Positions 36,499 through 48,500 of a stretch of 64,000 nt of DNA are shown piece after piece. The notes beneath the pieces are model-generated. The model saw only the letters and a list, made by a program, of their open reading frames with translations. It did not search any database and was not told the DNA's origin. The number at the start of each line of letters is the position of its first letter. Positions within the stretch are counted from its first letter, which is position 1. Origin of the DNA: Candidatus Latescibacterota bacterium (GTDB lineage Bacteria > Latescibacterota > UBA2968); NCBI GenBank assembly GCA_965208125.1, contig OZ242320.1, positions 2,272,001 to 2,336,000 of the forward strand, given 5' to 3'. A program made the translations under genes and the position numbers.

Positions 36499-37929
36499 AT
36501 GCCGGATAAGAGACCCAATATTTTACTTATTATGACGGATCAGCAGCGCGGCGATTGCCTGGGGATTGAGGGCCATCCCGTGTTGCAGACGCCGAATCTG
36601 GACTATATGGCTGCGTCGGGGGTGCGTTTTCGCCACGCTTATTCGGCTTGTCCGGTGTGTGTGCCGGCGCGTCGTACGGTGATTACGGGGCGCAAGCCGA
36701 GCAATCACGGTGCGCTTCAAAATGCCCAGGCACCGCTGCCGTGGCCGACTTTGCCCGGGGTCTTGCGCGATGCGGGGTATCGCACCCATCTTTCGGGCAA
36801 GGCTCACTGGGGTCCGCCTGCGAGGGAACTCGGGTTTGATTCCGCAGAATGGGCGGATAGTCCGATTTCGGGGGTTGATAATGATTATCAGAAGTATGTG
36901 CGCGAGAATGGTGCAGCGTGGCACCGGGCTTCCGATGCGCATGGGATGTATAGCAATGGTTTTCCAGGGCGTCCGTGGCATTTGGATGAGCATTTGCATT
37001 TTACCAATTGGTGTACGCAAAAGGGGCTGGAGTTTATCGATTCGCAAAGGGGGGATCAGCCGTGGTTTTTGGCGGTTAATTTTATTCATCCGCACCAGCC
37101 GGTTACGCCGCCCGCACATTATTTTGATAAGTATATGGCGATGGATTTGCCAGAGCCGTATGTGGGGGATTGGGCGCGGGTTTTCGATGGTCCCGTGCGC
37201 GGGTTGCAGCCGGAGTGCTGGCGGTTGTGTCTGGATCCTCCGGTTATGAAGGCGACGCGCGCGGGTTATTACGGGTGTGTCGAACATATTGACCACCAGA
37301 TTGCGCGTCTGGTGAGTGGTCGCGTGTTGCCGGACAATACGATTGTGGTGTTTGCTTCTGATCACGGGGAGATGCTCGGCGATCATCAGTGGCTGCGAAA
37401 GCGCAATCCTTTTGAGCCGTCTGCGCGCGTTCCGTTGTTGATGAATTTTCCCAATAGTTTGGGGTTGCCGCAAGAGCAGGTGATCGAGCGTCCGGTTGAG
37501 TTGATGGATATTATGCCGACGTTGCTCGATGCGGTGGGGGTTCCGATTCCGGATACGGTGGATGGGGAGAGTGTTTTGCCGATTATTCGCGATTCACAAG
37601 CGGCGTGGCGAGATTATGTACACGGCGAGTGCGCGAGTGTGCCTACGTCGAATAGCGGGATGCAATATGTGACGGATGGGAAGCGCAAGTTCGCGTATTT
37701 GCCAGGGCAGGGGCGGGAGCTGTTTTTCGATGTGGAAAATGATCCGTGCGAGATGACCAATCTGGCGGATGATCCAGGATGGGCGGATGAGATCGCGATG
37801 TGGCGGTCCCGTCTTATTGGGGAGCTGGTCGGTCGCCCGGAAGGTTTTACAGATGGCGAACAGCTTCTGGTGAAAGATGGTTCAACTGCTGGGACGATTC
37901 CGGTATGGGAGGAATATGAAGGTGGTTAA
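36499..37929 (+). CDS. Sulfatase (Cys-type)
   Basis: PNILLIMTDQQR, CVPARR, GKAH, SDHGEMLGDH; AAGGAG SD. Confidence 0.92.
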   Translation: MPDKRPNILLIMTDQQRGDCLGIEGHPVLQTPNLDYMAASGVRFRHAYSACPVCVPARRTVITGRKPSNHGALQNAQAPLPWPTLPGVLRDAGYRTHLSGKAHWGPPARELGFDSAEWADSPISGVDNDYQKYVRENGAAWHRASDAHGMYSNGFPGRPWHLDEHLHFTNWCTQKGLEFIDSQRGDQPWFLAVNFIHPHQPVTPPAHYFDKYMAMDLPEPYVGDWARVFDGPVRGLQPECWRLCLDPPVMKATRAGYYGCVEHIDHQIARLVSGRVLPDNTIVVFASDHGEMLGDHQWLRKRNPFEPSARVPLLMNFPNSLGLPQEQVIERPVELMDIMPTLLDAVGVPIPDTVDGESVLPIIRDSQAAWRDYVHGECASVPTSNSGMQYVTDGKRKFAYLPGQGRELFFDVENDPCEMTNLADDPGWADEIAMWRSRLIGELVGRPEGFTDGEQLLVKDGSTAGTIPVWEEYEGG

Positions 37930-37933
37930 TCGG

Positions 37934-39493
37934 TTATTTTCGTAGATCACTTCCAGTCATTTCATCGGGTTTTGACAGGTTGAGGAGGGAGAGCAGGGTG
38001 GGGGCGACGTCGCGCAAGGTGCCGCCAGCGCGGAGTTTTCCCCTGTAGGTGGGGTCAACGAGTACGAAGGGTACGGGGTTGGTGGTGTGTGCGGTGTGGG
38101 GTTCGCCGGTGTCGTAGTGGATCATTTGTTCGGCGTTGCCGTGGTCGGCGGTGACGATGGCTGCGCCGTTTGCGTTTTCTATGGCTTTGAGGACGCGGTC
38201 CAGGCATGTGTCAACGGTGGTGACGGCCTGTATGGCGGCTTCGAGGATGCCGGTGTGGCCGACCATGTCGGGGTTGGCGAAGTTGCATATTGCGGCGTCG
38301 TATTGGTCGGATGCGATGGCTTCTGTGAATCGGTCTGCGATTTCAGGTGCGCTCATTTCGGGTTTGTGGTCGTAGGTGGGGACGTCTTTGGGCGATGGTA
38401 CGAGGATGCGTTCTTCTCCGTCAAAGGGGGTTTCCCGTTGGCCGTTGAAGAAGAAGGTGACGTGGGCGTATTTTTCTGTTTCTGCGATGCGTAGTTGTCG
38501 TTTGTTTGCCCGGGCGATGACCGATCCGCAGATGTTGGGCATGTTTTGCGAGAGGGTTTCAGGGGGGTAGGCGATGCCGGTGACGGGTACGTCGGCTTCG
38601 TATCGGGTGAGGGTGGTGAAGTGGGTGTTGGGCCAGGTGTGGCGTTGAAAGCCGTCGAAGTTTTTGAGTGTAAAGGCGCGGGTGAGTTGCCGTGGTCTGT
38701 CGCCGCGAAAGTTGAAGAAGATGACGCTGTCCCCGTCTTTTATGGTGGGGTTGCTGGCGATGGCGATGGGTTTGATGAATTCGTCGGTTTCGCCGCGGTT
38801 GTAGGCGTTTTGTATGGCTGTGATGGGGTCGGTTTCTGTGATGCCTTTGCCCTGTGTGAGGAGGTCGTAGGCTATTTGGGTGCGTTCCCAGCGGTGGTCG
38901 CGGTCCATGGCGTAATACCGCCCGGATATGGATGCGACGCGGCCAATGCCATGGGTTTTGAACATGGCGAGGAGTTCGCGCATGCGGTGGATTGCGCTTT
39001 GGGGCGGTGTGTCGCGTCCGTCTGTGAAGGCGTGGATGAAGAGGCGATCTGAGGGGAGGCCCCGCTCGGCTGCCATTTTGATGAGGCCCTCGTAATGACT
39101 GGGCCAGGAGTGTACGCCGCCGTCAGAGACGAGGCCGATGAGGTGGAGGTTGCGGTTGTGATTTTTGATGCGGTCTATGGCGGCAATTAAGGCTTCGTTT
39201 TTGTACAGGCTGCCGTCTCGCACGCGGTCGTCGATCTGGGTCATGGCTTGCATGACGGTGCGTCCCGCACCGAGGTTGAGGTGGCCGACTTCGGAGTTGC
39301 CCATGAGTCCGTCGGGTAGTCCGACCGCGCGTCCAGAGGTGTCGAGGGTGGTGTGAGCACAATTGGCCCAGATGCGATCCATTGTCGGGGTGCTGGCAAG
39401 GGCTACGGCGTTGTGGTCCCGGCGCGGGTTTAAACCCCAGCCGTCGAGGATGATGAGTGCGACAAAGCGTTGGTTGGTCATGGTCGTTATCAT
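37934..39493 (-). CDS. gpmI: 2,3-bisphosphoglycerate-independent phosphoglycerate mutase
   Basis: ILDGWG, GNSEVGH, DGRD, GRYYAMDRD, ETEKYAHVT, NPDMVGHTG, ADHGN; start at 39493 or 39481. Confidence 0.96.
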   Translation of the reverse strand: MITTMTNQRFVALIILDGWGLNPRRDHNAVALASTPTMDRIWANCAHTTLDTSGRAVGLPDGLMGNSEVGHLNLGAGRTVMQAMTQIDDRVRDGSLYKNEALIAAIDRIKNHNRNLHLIGLVSDGGVHSWPSHYEGLIKMAAERGLPSDRLFIHAFTDGRDTPPQSAIHRMRELLAMFKTHGIGRVASISGRYYAMDRDHRWERTQIAYDLLTQGKGITETDPITAIQNAYNRGETDEFIKPIAIASNPTIKDGDSVIFFNFRGDRPRQLTRAFTLKNFDGFQRHTWPNTHFTTLTRYEADVPVTGIAYPPETLSQNMPNICGSVIARANKRQLRIAETEKYAHVTFFFNGQRETPFDGEERILVPSPKDVPTYDHKPEMSAPEIADRFTEAIASDQYDAAICNFANPDMVGHTGILEAAIQAVTTVDTCLDRVLKAIENANGAAIVTADHGNAEQMIHYDTGEPHTAHTTNPVPFVLVDPTYRGKLRAGGTLRDVAPTLLSLLNLSKPDEMTGSDLRK

Positions 39494-39495
39494 TT

Positions 39496-39694
39496 GTAGG
39501 GGCGGGTTGAACTGGCCTGAGAGACAGCCAGTTGTACCCCGCTCGCAACCCGCCCATCTGTCATGGCGGCATGATTATTGTAGGGGCAACCCTTGTGGTT
39601 GCCCGATTGTAGGGGCGAGGCATGCGTCATCGCGGCATGATGTTAGCCGCGATCCAGTGTTTGTAAATGTAGGGGACGGCCCCTGTGCCGTCCC
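39496..39694. repeat. Composite cluster: four GTAG REPs, CGTC palindromes and a nested AACTGG element
   Basis: Direct reading; lies in the divergent gpmI/acnA intergenic region. Confidence 0.85.
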
Positions 39695-39838
39695 AGCGAT
39701 CAGCGAAAGAAAATATATATTCTTCCCAATCCAATCAAGTGCGAAGCGTACAAAAAGGGTTTGAAAATATGGGTTGTTGTGGTATTTTTTATGCTCGCAC
39801 AAAAAGTAAATGAATAACATCAAAAGAGGAATCAGTTT

Positions 39839-42520
39839 ATGAGTCAAACGCATAATCCTTTGAATTCGCGCGATACACTTTCTACTATGGCGGGTGATCT
39901 CGCGATTTTTCGGCTGGATCGGTTGGAATCAGATGGCATTGGGGCGGTGTCGAGTTTGCCGTTTTCCGTGCGGGTGCTGCTCGAGGCGGCGCTGCGAAAT
40001 TTGGATGGGTACCAGGTTCGGGAGGAGGATGTGGGGGCGCTGGCGAATTGGAATGCTGCCAATCCCAATCCGATAGAGATACCGTTTAAGCCCGCGCGGG
40101 TTGTGTTGCAAGATTTTACAGGTGTGCCTTCGCTGGTGGATCTGGCGGCGTTGCGTTCGGCTATGGGGCGCATGGGGGGCGATGCAAGTCGGGTTGAGCC
40201 GTTGATTCCGGTGGATCTGGTTGTGGATCATTCGGTGCAGGTGGATAGTTTTGCAAATTCGGATGCGTTGCGGAGAAATGCAGAGATTGAATTTGATCGC
40301 AATCGGGAGCGGTATGAGTTTTTGCGCTGGGGTGCCAATGCGTTTGAGAGTTTCAGGGTGGTGCCGCCGCTGACGGGTATTGTGCATCAGGTCAATCTCG
40401 AGTATCTGGCGAAGGGGGTTATTGCCCGCGATGGCGTGGCTTTTCCCGATAGTCTGGTGGGGGCAGATTCACATACGACGATGATTAATGCCCTGGGTGT
40501 GGTGGGCTGGGGTGTGGGGGGTATAGAGGCGGAGGCGGTGATGCTGGGGCAGCCGATTTATATGCTGACGCCAGAAGTTGTCGGGTTCAAGTTGTACGGG
40601 CGGTTGCCCGAGGGTACGACGGCGACGGATTTGACGTTGACGGTGGTTCAGATGTTGCGCGAGAAAGGCGTGGTAGATAAGTTTGTCGAGTTTTACGGCA
40701 CGGGGTTGACGGGTATTGGGCTGGCGGATCGCGCGACGGTTGCCAATATGGCGCCGGAATACGGGGCGACGATGGGGTTTTTCCCGGTGGATGATGAGAC
40801 GTTGCGCTATTTGGCGCGCACGGGTCGCACGGCGGAAGAGGTGGATGTGGTTGAGCGGTACGCGAAGGAGCAGGGTTTGTTCCGAACAGATGATACGCCG
40901 GAGCCGCGGTTTACGGATACGCTTGAACTGGATTTGAGTACGGTGGAGCCGAGTTTGGCGGGTCCAAAACGGCCACAGGATCGCATTGCACTGGGGCAGA
41001 TGAAGGATGCGTTTGAAGGGGCGTTGCGCGCACCGGTGGGCAATAGTGGTTTTGGGCTGGATGATGATGAGGTTCAAAAGCGGATGAATGGGAAGCTCGG
41101 ACACGGGGCGGTGGTGATTGCGGCGATTACGAGTTGTACCAATACGAGCAATCCTTCCGTGATGGTGGCTGCTGGTTTGTTGGCGAAGAAGGCGGTGGAG
41201 AAGGGGTTGAAGGTTCACGCACATGTCAAGACGAGTCTGGCGCCGGGTTCGCGCGTGGTGTCGGATTATCTCGATCAGGCGGGTTTGACGCCGTATTTGG
41301 AGCAGTTGGGTTTTCATACGGTGGGTTATGGTTGTACGACGTGTATCGGAAATAGCGGGCCGTTGCCCGATCCGGTGGTTGCCGCGATTCACGAGGGGGA
41401 TCTGGTGGCGGCGGCGGTGTTGAGTGGCAATCGCAATTTTGAAGGTCGCGTGCATCCGCATGTGAAGGCGAATTATCTGGCGTCGCCGCCGCTGGTTGTG
41501 GCGTATGCTCTGGCGGGACGGGTGGATCTGGATTTGACTGCGGAGCCGATAGGGCTGGATGGGGATGGCAATGCGGTGTTTTTGCGCGATGTCTGGCCCG
41601 GTCAGGATGAGATTGGCGATACGATTGCACGGACGCTCAAGCCAGATATGTTTGAGGCGCGCTATGGCAATGTGTTTGAGGGCAATGAGATGTGGAATGC
41701 GGTTGGCGGGCAAGAGGGGGATCTCTATGGGTGGCAGGTGGAGAGTACTTATGTGCAGGAGCCGCCGTTTTTTGTGGATTTGTCGTCGGAGTTAGACGCG
41801 ATTTCGGATATTACGGGTGCGCGGGTGCTGGCGCGATTGGGCGATTCGGTGACGACGGATCACATTTCTCCGGCGGGTTCGATTGCGGTGGATAGTCCGG
41901 CGGGGCAGTTTTTGATTGCTCGAGGGGTTGAGCCAAAGGATTTCAATTCTTATGGTTCGCGGCGGGGCAATCACGAGGTGATGATGCGGGGTACGTTTGC
42001 GAATATTCGCATTCGCAATTCGCTGGCGCCAGGTACAGAGGGCGGTGTGACGGTGCATCTGCCTTCGGATAAGCAGATGAGTATTTACGATGCGGCGATG
42101 CGGTATGTGGATGAGGGCGTGCCGTCGATTGTGATCGCGGGGGCGGAGTACGGTTCGGGGTCGTCGCGCGATTGGGCGGCTAAGGGTCCGTTACTTTTGG
42201 GCGTGCGCGCGGTGCTTGTGGAGAGTTTTGAACGCATTCACCGCAGCAATCTGGTGGGTATGGGGGTGTTGCCGCTGGAGTTTGTGGATGGCGAGAATGC
42301 CGAGTCGCTGGGGCTTACGGGGCGAGAGGTGTACGATATTACGGGTCTGAGCGATGATTTGCAGCCTTTGCAAGATGTAACGGTGACGGCGAGGGATGAG
42401 GATGGGAATGTGAAGTCGTTTTCTGCGACGGTGCGTATCGATACGCCGGTGGAGATCGATTATTATCGCAATGGGGGGATTTTGCATACGGTGTTGCGGG
42501 GTTTTTTGAAGGGTGAGTAG
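39839..42520 (+). CDS. acnA: Aconitate hydratase A
   Basis: [52 protein letters not shown]. Confidence 0.97.
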   Translation: MSQTHNPLNSRDTLSTMAGDLAIFRLDRLESDGIGAVSSLPFSVRVLLEAALRNLDGYQVREEDVGALANWNAANPNPIEIPFKPARVVLQDFTGVPSLVDLAALRSAMGRMGGDASRVEPLIPVDLVVDHSVQVDSFANSDALRRNAEIEFDRNRERYEFLRWGANAFESFRVVPPLTGIVHQVNLEYLAKGVIARDGVAFPDSLVGADSHTTMINALGVVGWGVGGIEAEAVMLGQPIYMLTPEVVGFKLYGRLPEGTTATDLTLTVVQMLREKGVVDKFVEFYGTGLTGIGLADRATVANMAPEYGATMGFFPVDDETLRYLARTGRTAEEVDVVERYAKEQGLFRTDDTPEPRFTDTLELDLSTVEPSLAGPKRPQDRIALGQMKDAFEGALRAPVGNSGFGLDDDEVQKRMNGKLGHGAVVIAAITSCTNTSNPSVMVAAGLLAKKAVEKGLKVHAHVKTSLAPGSRVVSDYLDQAGLTPYLEQLGFHTVGYGCTTCIGNSGPLPDPVVAAIHEGDLVAAAVLSGNRNFEGRVHPHVKANYLASPPLVVAYALAGRVDLDLTAEPIGLDGDGNAVFLRDVWPGQDEIGDTIARTLKPDMFEARYGNVFEGNEMWNAVGGQEGDLYGWQVESTYVQEPPFFVDLSSELDAISDITGARVLARLGDSVTTDHISPAGSIAVDSPAGQFLIARGVEPKDFNSYGSRRGNHEVMMRGTFANIRIRNSLAPGTEGGVTVHLPSDKQMSIYDAAMRYVDEGVPSIVIAGAEYGSGSSRDWAAKGPLLLGVRAVLVESFERIHRSNLVGMGVLPLEFVDGENAESLGLTGREVYDITGLSDDLQPLQDVTVTARDEDGNVKSFSATVRIDTPVEIDYYRNGGILHTVLRGFLKGE

Positions 42521-42531
42521 ATGGGGTAATA

Positions 42532-42575
42532 CAAAAGAACCGGGTACATCTGTGTGATGTGCCCGGTTCTTTTTG
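42532..42575. terminator. Bidirectional intrinsic terminator between acnA and the autotransporter
   Basis: CAAAAGAACCGGGTACATC-loop-GATGTGCCCGGTTCTTTTTG. Confidence 0.8.
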
Positions 42576-42584
42576 TTGCAGAGT

Positions 42585-45500
42585 TTACCAGTATATCTGC
42601 CCTTGTAATATAATACGAGAGTCAGAAGGCCCAACAGCCTGTTTGCGATGCTCGGCTTCGATGTTCAGGTGTACCGTCCGATCCAGTTCCAGACGGCTGC
42701 CCAGCCGGTAGTGCATTGTGCTGGCACCGGATGTGCGCAACCCACCATAAGAGGCGAGCACCCCGTTTTTGCCGTGTGTGGGCAGGTCATAGCCGATTTC
42801 GATGTCAAATTGCTGCGGGCGCACATCGCCTACAGGGCGTTGGCTGCTATGGGCTGTGTCGAGCAGGTGGGTGGGATCCCACAGGGCATTTGTGCGGCTG
42901 ACGGGGTTGCCCCATACGGGCGATATGGCCAGGCGCAGACCGCGATCTCTGATCCCCGGATCGAATCGCAGACTTATTCTGGCACTCCAATCTTTGAAGT
43001 CGGCCTGCTGGTGCGCTATGAGATAGTGCCCGCGTGCTTCTATACCCCACCCGCTGGGGGTATGCACATATCCCAGGCCACCGCCTATTTCTGCACCTAT
43101 TCCCGTTTCTGCTTTGCCCCCATCCCACCGGCCACCAAGCTCAAGGCGCGGGGTCAGCGATGAGGTCTCCGACTGGTGGTTGGACTCACCTTGTAGCGCG
43201 AACCGAACCCGTTGCACGTCTGCTTGGGCGACTGGCAGGTTTTCCCGTTCATCCGAGTTTATGCTGACGACAAAGGCGTCGCTTTTCAGAGACAGATCGA
43301 TACCGCCCGCTTTTGCGAGCGCGTTGCGCATGCCCACCGCCGCCATGATCATTGCGATATCGGTCTGCGCTTCGCTGTATTGATCCGTTATTTGCACATT
43401 GCCCCGGCCGGTGCCTCCCAGGCCCCATATATCCAGGCCCGTGCCTGCTGAATAGTGCATGTAGGGTATGACGCTGAGGAGGTTCAGGTCCATTACACCT
43501 GCATCACTGCCGGTGTAATCGATCTCTCCGGTGCTGTGAGACAGGGCCAGGCCGAGCGTCAAGGGGTTGAAACGATAGTCAATTCCGAGGTATCCAGAAA
43601 AGACGCGTCCGTCCAGTGCAAGGTTATCCTCCGTGCGACTCGAGAACCCGCTCGTGCTGCCGTGTCCCCACAAGGACCAGGGCGATATCTTCTCTGCGTT
43701 TTCTTGCCCCATCCGGAGGCCGAAGCGGCTCTGAGAGAGAATGTCGCGGGCAGAGCGGGAGTGGAACTGAATCGGCTTATAGTCGAATGGGTTGTGCATG
43801 CGGGATGCTGCTCCGAACTGTCCCAACGGCAGGTTGATGTTGAGCCCCATCGATCTCGCCAGGCTTTGCAACAGCCCGATGACGCCGTGGTCTGCACGCA
43901 GAGTCAATGGTTGTCCGCCCAGTGTCGCATAAGATGCCTCTAACCTGGGCGTTGTGAAGCGGTCTTCTATTGCATTTACTGCGTTAGAAGCCACGGTTCG
44001 TCCAAAGGTGCCCAGGGCCAATGTCAGTACGTGTGGATTCAGGTCTGGCACGACCACCGAAAGTGTGAAGGTCATGCTGGCGGACATTGACGGTATGCCG
44101 TTATCTGTCGCTGTCACCGCAATGCTATGCACCCCCACGTCGTTGCGAGCGGGCGTGCCGCTAAATGCGCGATTGGCCGCATCGAAGCGCAGCCATGTCG
44201 GCAGGGGCGCGCCGCCTTCCAGTGCCGCCGTATAGGTCACGGTCTGGCTGGGATCCGGGTCGTTCACTTCGGGGAACGCATATTGGAAGGCCGTGCCCAC
44301 TGTCGCAGTCTGGTTCTCCAGGAGCGGCGCGGCGGGTGCGCCGTTCTCCTGGCGCGTGACTGTCAAGGTGTAGATCGCGCTCGCCAGAATGACCTCAATT
44401 GTGTTTGCACCGATTGCCAATGCAATGGGTTGGCTCGGCGTGCCACTTTTTATTGGCGTGCCGTTGACGACAATGGTCGCGGCTGTGTCGCTCGCCGTGG
44501 GTGTCACTGTGAGGCTCTCGACGGCGTTTCCGATCATGGCTTCATAAGTCGTTGTTTCGCTGGCAAATGTCGGCGTCAACGTGCCTTTCGAGAGCGTCAG
44601 GTCAGTCAGGGTTATGTCGTCGAGGTTGGTCGTCGTCAGGGTTATGTCGTCGAGGTTGGTCAATAAGATCTCTTTGGGGTCTATATTTTTATACTTGAGA
44701 TCGGCGCTTGCGACTGGTGATATGGTGACGGTGTAAGGCTGATCGCCATCGTTGAGGTCATCGGGCAGGCCTGCCACGGTTATCACCTGCGGCGTGTTCC
44801 AGCTCTCGGTGTTGGGCATAAAGGTGAGAGATTGAGGTGTCCCTATGCCTTCGGTGATATCCGAACTGCTGATCGAGAGGTTCACCGGTTCTGTGGGCTG
44901 GCTGTCCAGCACCACCTTGAAACTGGCGACGTGACCTCTTTCGGTGGTGGCCAACCGCGAATCGGGGCTAATCGCAGTGGCGGTTGTTTTGGTGAGTGAT
45001 ACGATTCCCGATTGGTTTACGATCAATCCCAAAATTGGGGTCACCGTGATACCCGCTACATCATCGTCGCGGTTGGTTACCAGCACTTCGGGAAGGTTTA
45101 TCCCATTGTAATCGGGCTGATCACTCGTTGCCGCCAGCACAATTTTATAGTCTTGATCGCCATCGTCGATGTTGTCGTCCACACCGGTGATGGTGACGGT
45201 CTGCGGAATATTCCAGTTTGTGGCTGTGAAGGTGAGGGATTGGGGTGCCACTGTGCCTTCGGTGATATCCGAACTGCTGATCGAGAGGTTCACCGCTGCT
45301 GTGGGCCAGATATTTAGCACCACTGTGAAAGTGGCTGTGCCCCCCGTTTCGGTGGTTGTGAGTCCCAATTCTCCGGCTGTGAGTCCCGATGCTCCCGTGG
45401 GTCCTGTGATGGTCACGGAGGGAGGCGTCAGGTTTGCCTCCACTGAGACTTGCTCTTCTGCTGCATTGTTGCCATTGCCTGCACCATCAGTGGCGATGTT

Positions 45501-48500
45501 TTCGTCGATATTTACGGTCACGGTTCCAGTGGCTGTTGGCGTGATCGTGACTGTGTAGGTTGTGCCTGAGCCGGAGAATGCAGTGACGGTTCCATTGCCG
45601 ACTGTTATATCATCCTGCCCGAACCCTGTGACGTCCTCCGAGAAGGTGATGGTTATGTCAAATGGATCCTTCTGAACATCCGTGGGCCTCGTGATGGTGA
45701 CGGTTGGTGCATTGAAGTCTGCCGTCACTGAGACTTGGCTGGTTGCTGCACTGTTGCCATTGCCCGCGCTATCAGTGGCGACGTCTGCTGCCACATCTAC
45801 GGTCACGGTTCCAGTGGCTGTTGGCGTGATCGTGGCTGTGTAGGTTGTGCCTGAGCCGGAGAATGCAGTGACAGTTCCATTGCCGACTGTTATATCACCC
45901 TGCTCGAATCCTGTGACGGATTCTGAGAAGGTGATGGTTATGTCAAACGCACTGTTCTGGGCATCCGTGGGTCCTGTGATGCTGATCGTTGGCGCGTCCA
46001 TGTCTGCTGTCACTGAGAACTGGCTGGCAGCACTGTTGCCATTGCCTGCGCTATCAGTGGCGACGTCTGCTGCCACATCTACGGTCACGGTTCCGGTAGC
46101 CGCTGGTGTGATGGTAGCGGTGTAGGTGTTGCCTGAACCGGAGAATGTAGTAACAGTTCCATTGCCGACTGTTATATCACCCTGCTCGAATCCTGTGACG
46201 GATTCTGAGAAGGTGATGGTTATGTCAAACGCACTGTTCTGGGCATCCATGGGGCCTGTGATGGTCACGGTGGGACGAGTCAGGTTTGCCTCTACCGAGA
46301 CTTGCCCTGCTGCTGCCGTGTTGCCATTGCCCGCGCTATCAGTGGCGATGTTTTCGGCAATATCTATGGTCACGGTTCCAGTAGCTGCTGGGGTGATGGT
46401 AGCGGTGTAGGTGTTGCCTGAACCGGAGAATGTAGTAACAGTTCCATTGCCGACTGTTATATCATCCTGCCCGAATTCTGTGACGTCCTCCGAGAAGGTG
46501 ATGGTTATGTCAAATGGACCGTTCTGCGTATCCGTCGGTCCGGTGATGGTCACGGTGGGAGGCGTCAGGTTTGCCTCTACTGAGACTTGCCCTGCTGCTG
46601 CCGTGTTGCCATTGCCCGCGCTATCAGTGGCGACGTCTGCTGGCACATCTATGGTCACAGTTCCATTGTCTGCTGGCTCAATGGTGGCTGTGTAGCTTGC
46701 TCCCGAACCAGAGAATGCTGTGATGGAGCCATTGCCGACTGTTATATCACCCTGCTCGAATCCTGTGACAGATTCTGAGAAGGTGATGGTTATGTCAAAT
46801 GCACTGTTCTGAGGATCCGTCGGTCCGGTGATGCTGACGGTGGGAGCATCTATGTCTGTGGTCACAGAGAATTGGCTCGCCGCCGTGTTGCCATTGCCTG
46901 CGCTATCAGTGGCGACGTCTGCTGAGACATCTACGGTCACGGTTCCACTGGCCGCTGGGGTGATGGTGGCGGTGTAGCTGCTGCCCGAACCAGAGAATGC
47001 TGTGATGGAGCCGTTGCCGATTGTTACATCACTCTGCTCGAACCCGGTGACAGATTCTGAGAAGGTGATGGTTACGTCAAACGCACTGTTCTGCGTGTCC
47101 GTCGGTCCGGTGATGACCACCGTTGGACGAGTCAGGTTTGCCTTTACCGAGAATTGGCTGGCTGCTGCCGTGTTGCCATTGCCTGCGCTATCAGTGGCGA
47201 CGTCTGCTGCCACATCTACGGTTATGGTTCCACTGGCTGTCGGCGTGATGGTGGCTGTGTAAGTTGCACCCGAACCAGAGAAGGCTGTCACAGAGCTATT
47301 GCCGACTGTTATATCACTCTGCTCGAATCCTGTGACGGCTTCTGAGAAGGTGATGGTTACGTCAAATGTACTGTTCTGATCATCCGTCGGTCCTGTGATG
47401 GTCACTGTTGGCCGCTCCAGGTCTGCCGTCACGGAGAATTGGCCGGCTGCCGTGTTGCTGTTAGTCGCTGCATCCTCCGCCACGTTTGCCGCCACATCTA
47501 CGGTTATGGTTCCACTGGCTGTCGGCGTGATGGTAGCTGTGTAGGTTGCTCCCGATCCAGAGAAGGCTGTCGCGGTTCCATTGCCGACTGTTATATCACT
47601 CTGCTCGAATCCTGTGACGGATTCCGAGAAGGTGATGGTTACGTCAAATGTACTGTTCTGATCATCCGTCGGTCCTGTGATGGTCACTGTTGGCCGCTCC
47701 AGGTCTGCCGTTACTGAGAATTGGCTGGCTGCCGTGTTGCCGTTAGTCGCTGCATCCTCCGCCACGTTTGCCGCCACATCTACGGTTACTGTTCCATTGG
47801 CCGCTGGGGTGATGGTGACTGTATAGGCTGCTTGTGTACCAGAGAAGGCTGTGACGGCTCCATTGCCGACTGTTATATCACCCTGCTCGAACCCTGTGAC
47901 GGGTGCCGAGAAGGTGATGGTTATGTCAAACGCACTGTTCTGATCATCCGTCGGTCCGGTGATGGTCACGGTTGGCCGCTCCAGGTCTGCCGTTACTGCG
48001 AATTGGCTGGCTGCTGCACTGTTGCCATTGCCTGCGGCATCGTTGGCGACGTTTGCTGGCACATCTACGGTTACTGTTCCATTGGCCGCTGGCGTGATGG
48101 TGACTGTGTAGCTGGCTCCCGAACCGGAGAAGGCTGTCGCGGTTCCATTGCCGACTGTTACCTCACTCTGCTCGAACCCTGTGACAGATTCTGAGAAGGT
48201 GATGGTTATATCAAATGCACTGTTCTGAGGATCCGTCGGTCCGGTGATGGTCACGGTTGGCGCATCGAGGTCTGCTGTCACTGCGAATTGGCTGGCTGCC
48301 TCGTTGCCATTGCCTGCGGCATCGTTGGCGACGTTTGCTGGCACATCTACGGTTACTGTTCCATTGGCCGCTGGCGTGATGGTGACTGTGTAGCTGGCTT
48401 CAGAACCTGAGAAGGCTGTGACGGCTCCATTGCCGACTGTTACCTCACTCTGCTCGAATCCTGTGACGGATTCTGAGAAGGTGATGGTTACGTCAAACGC

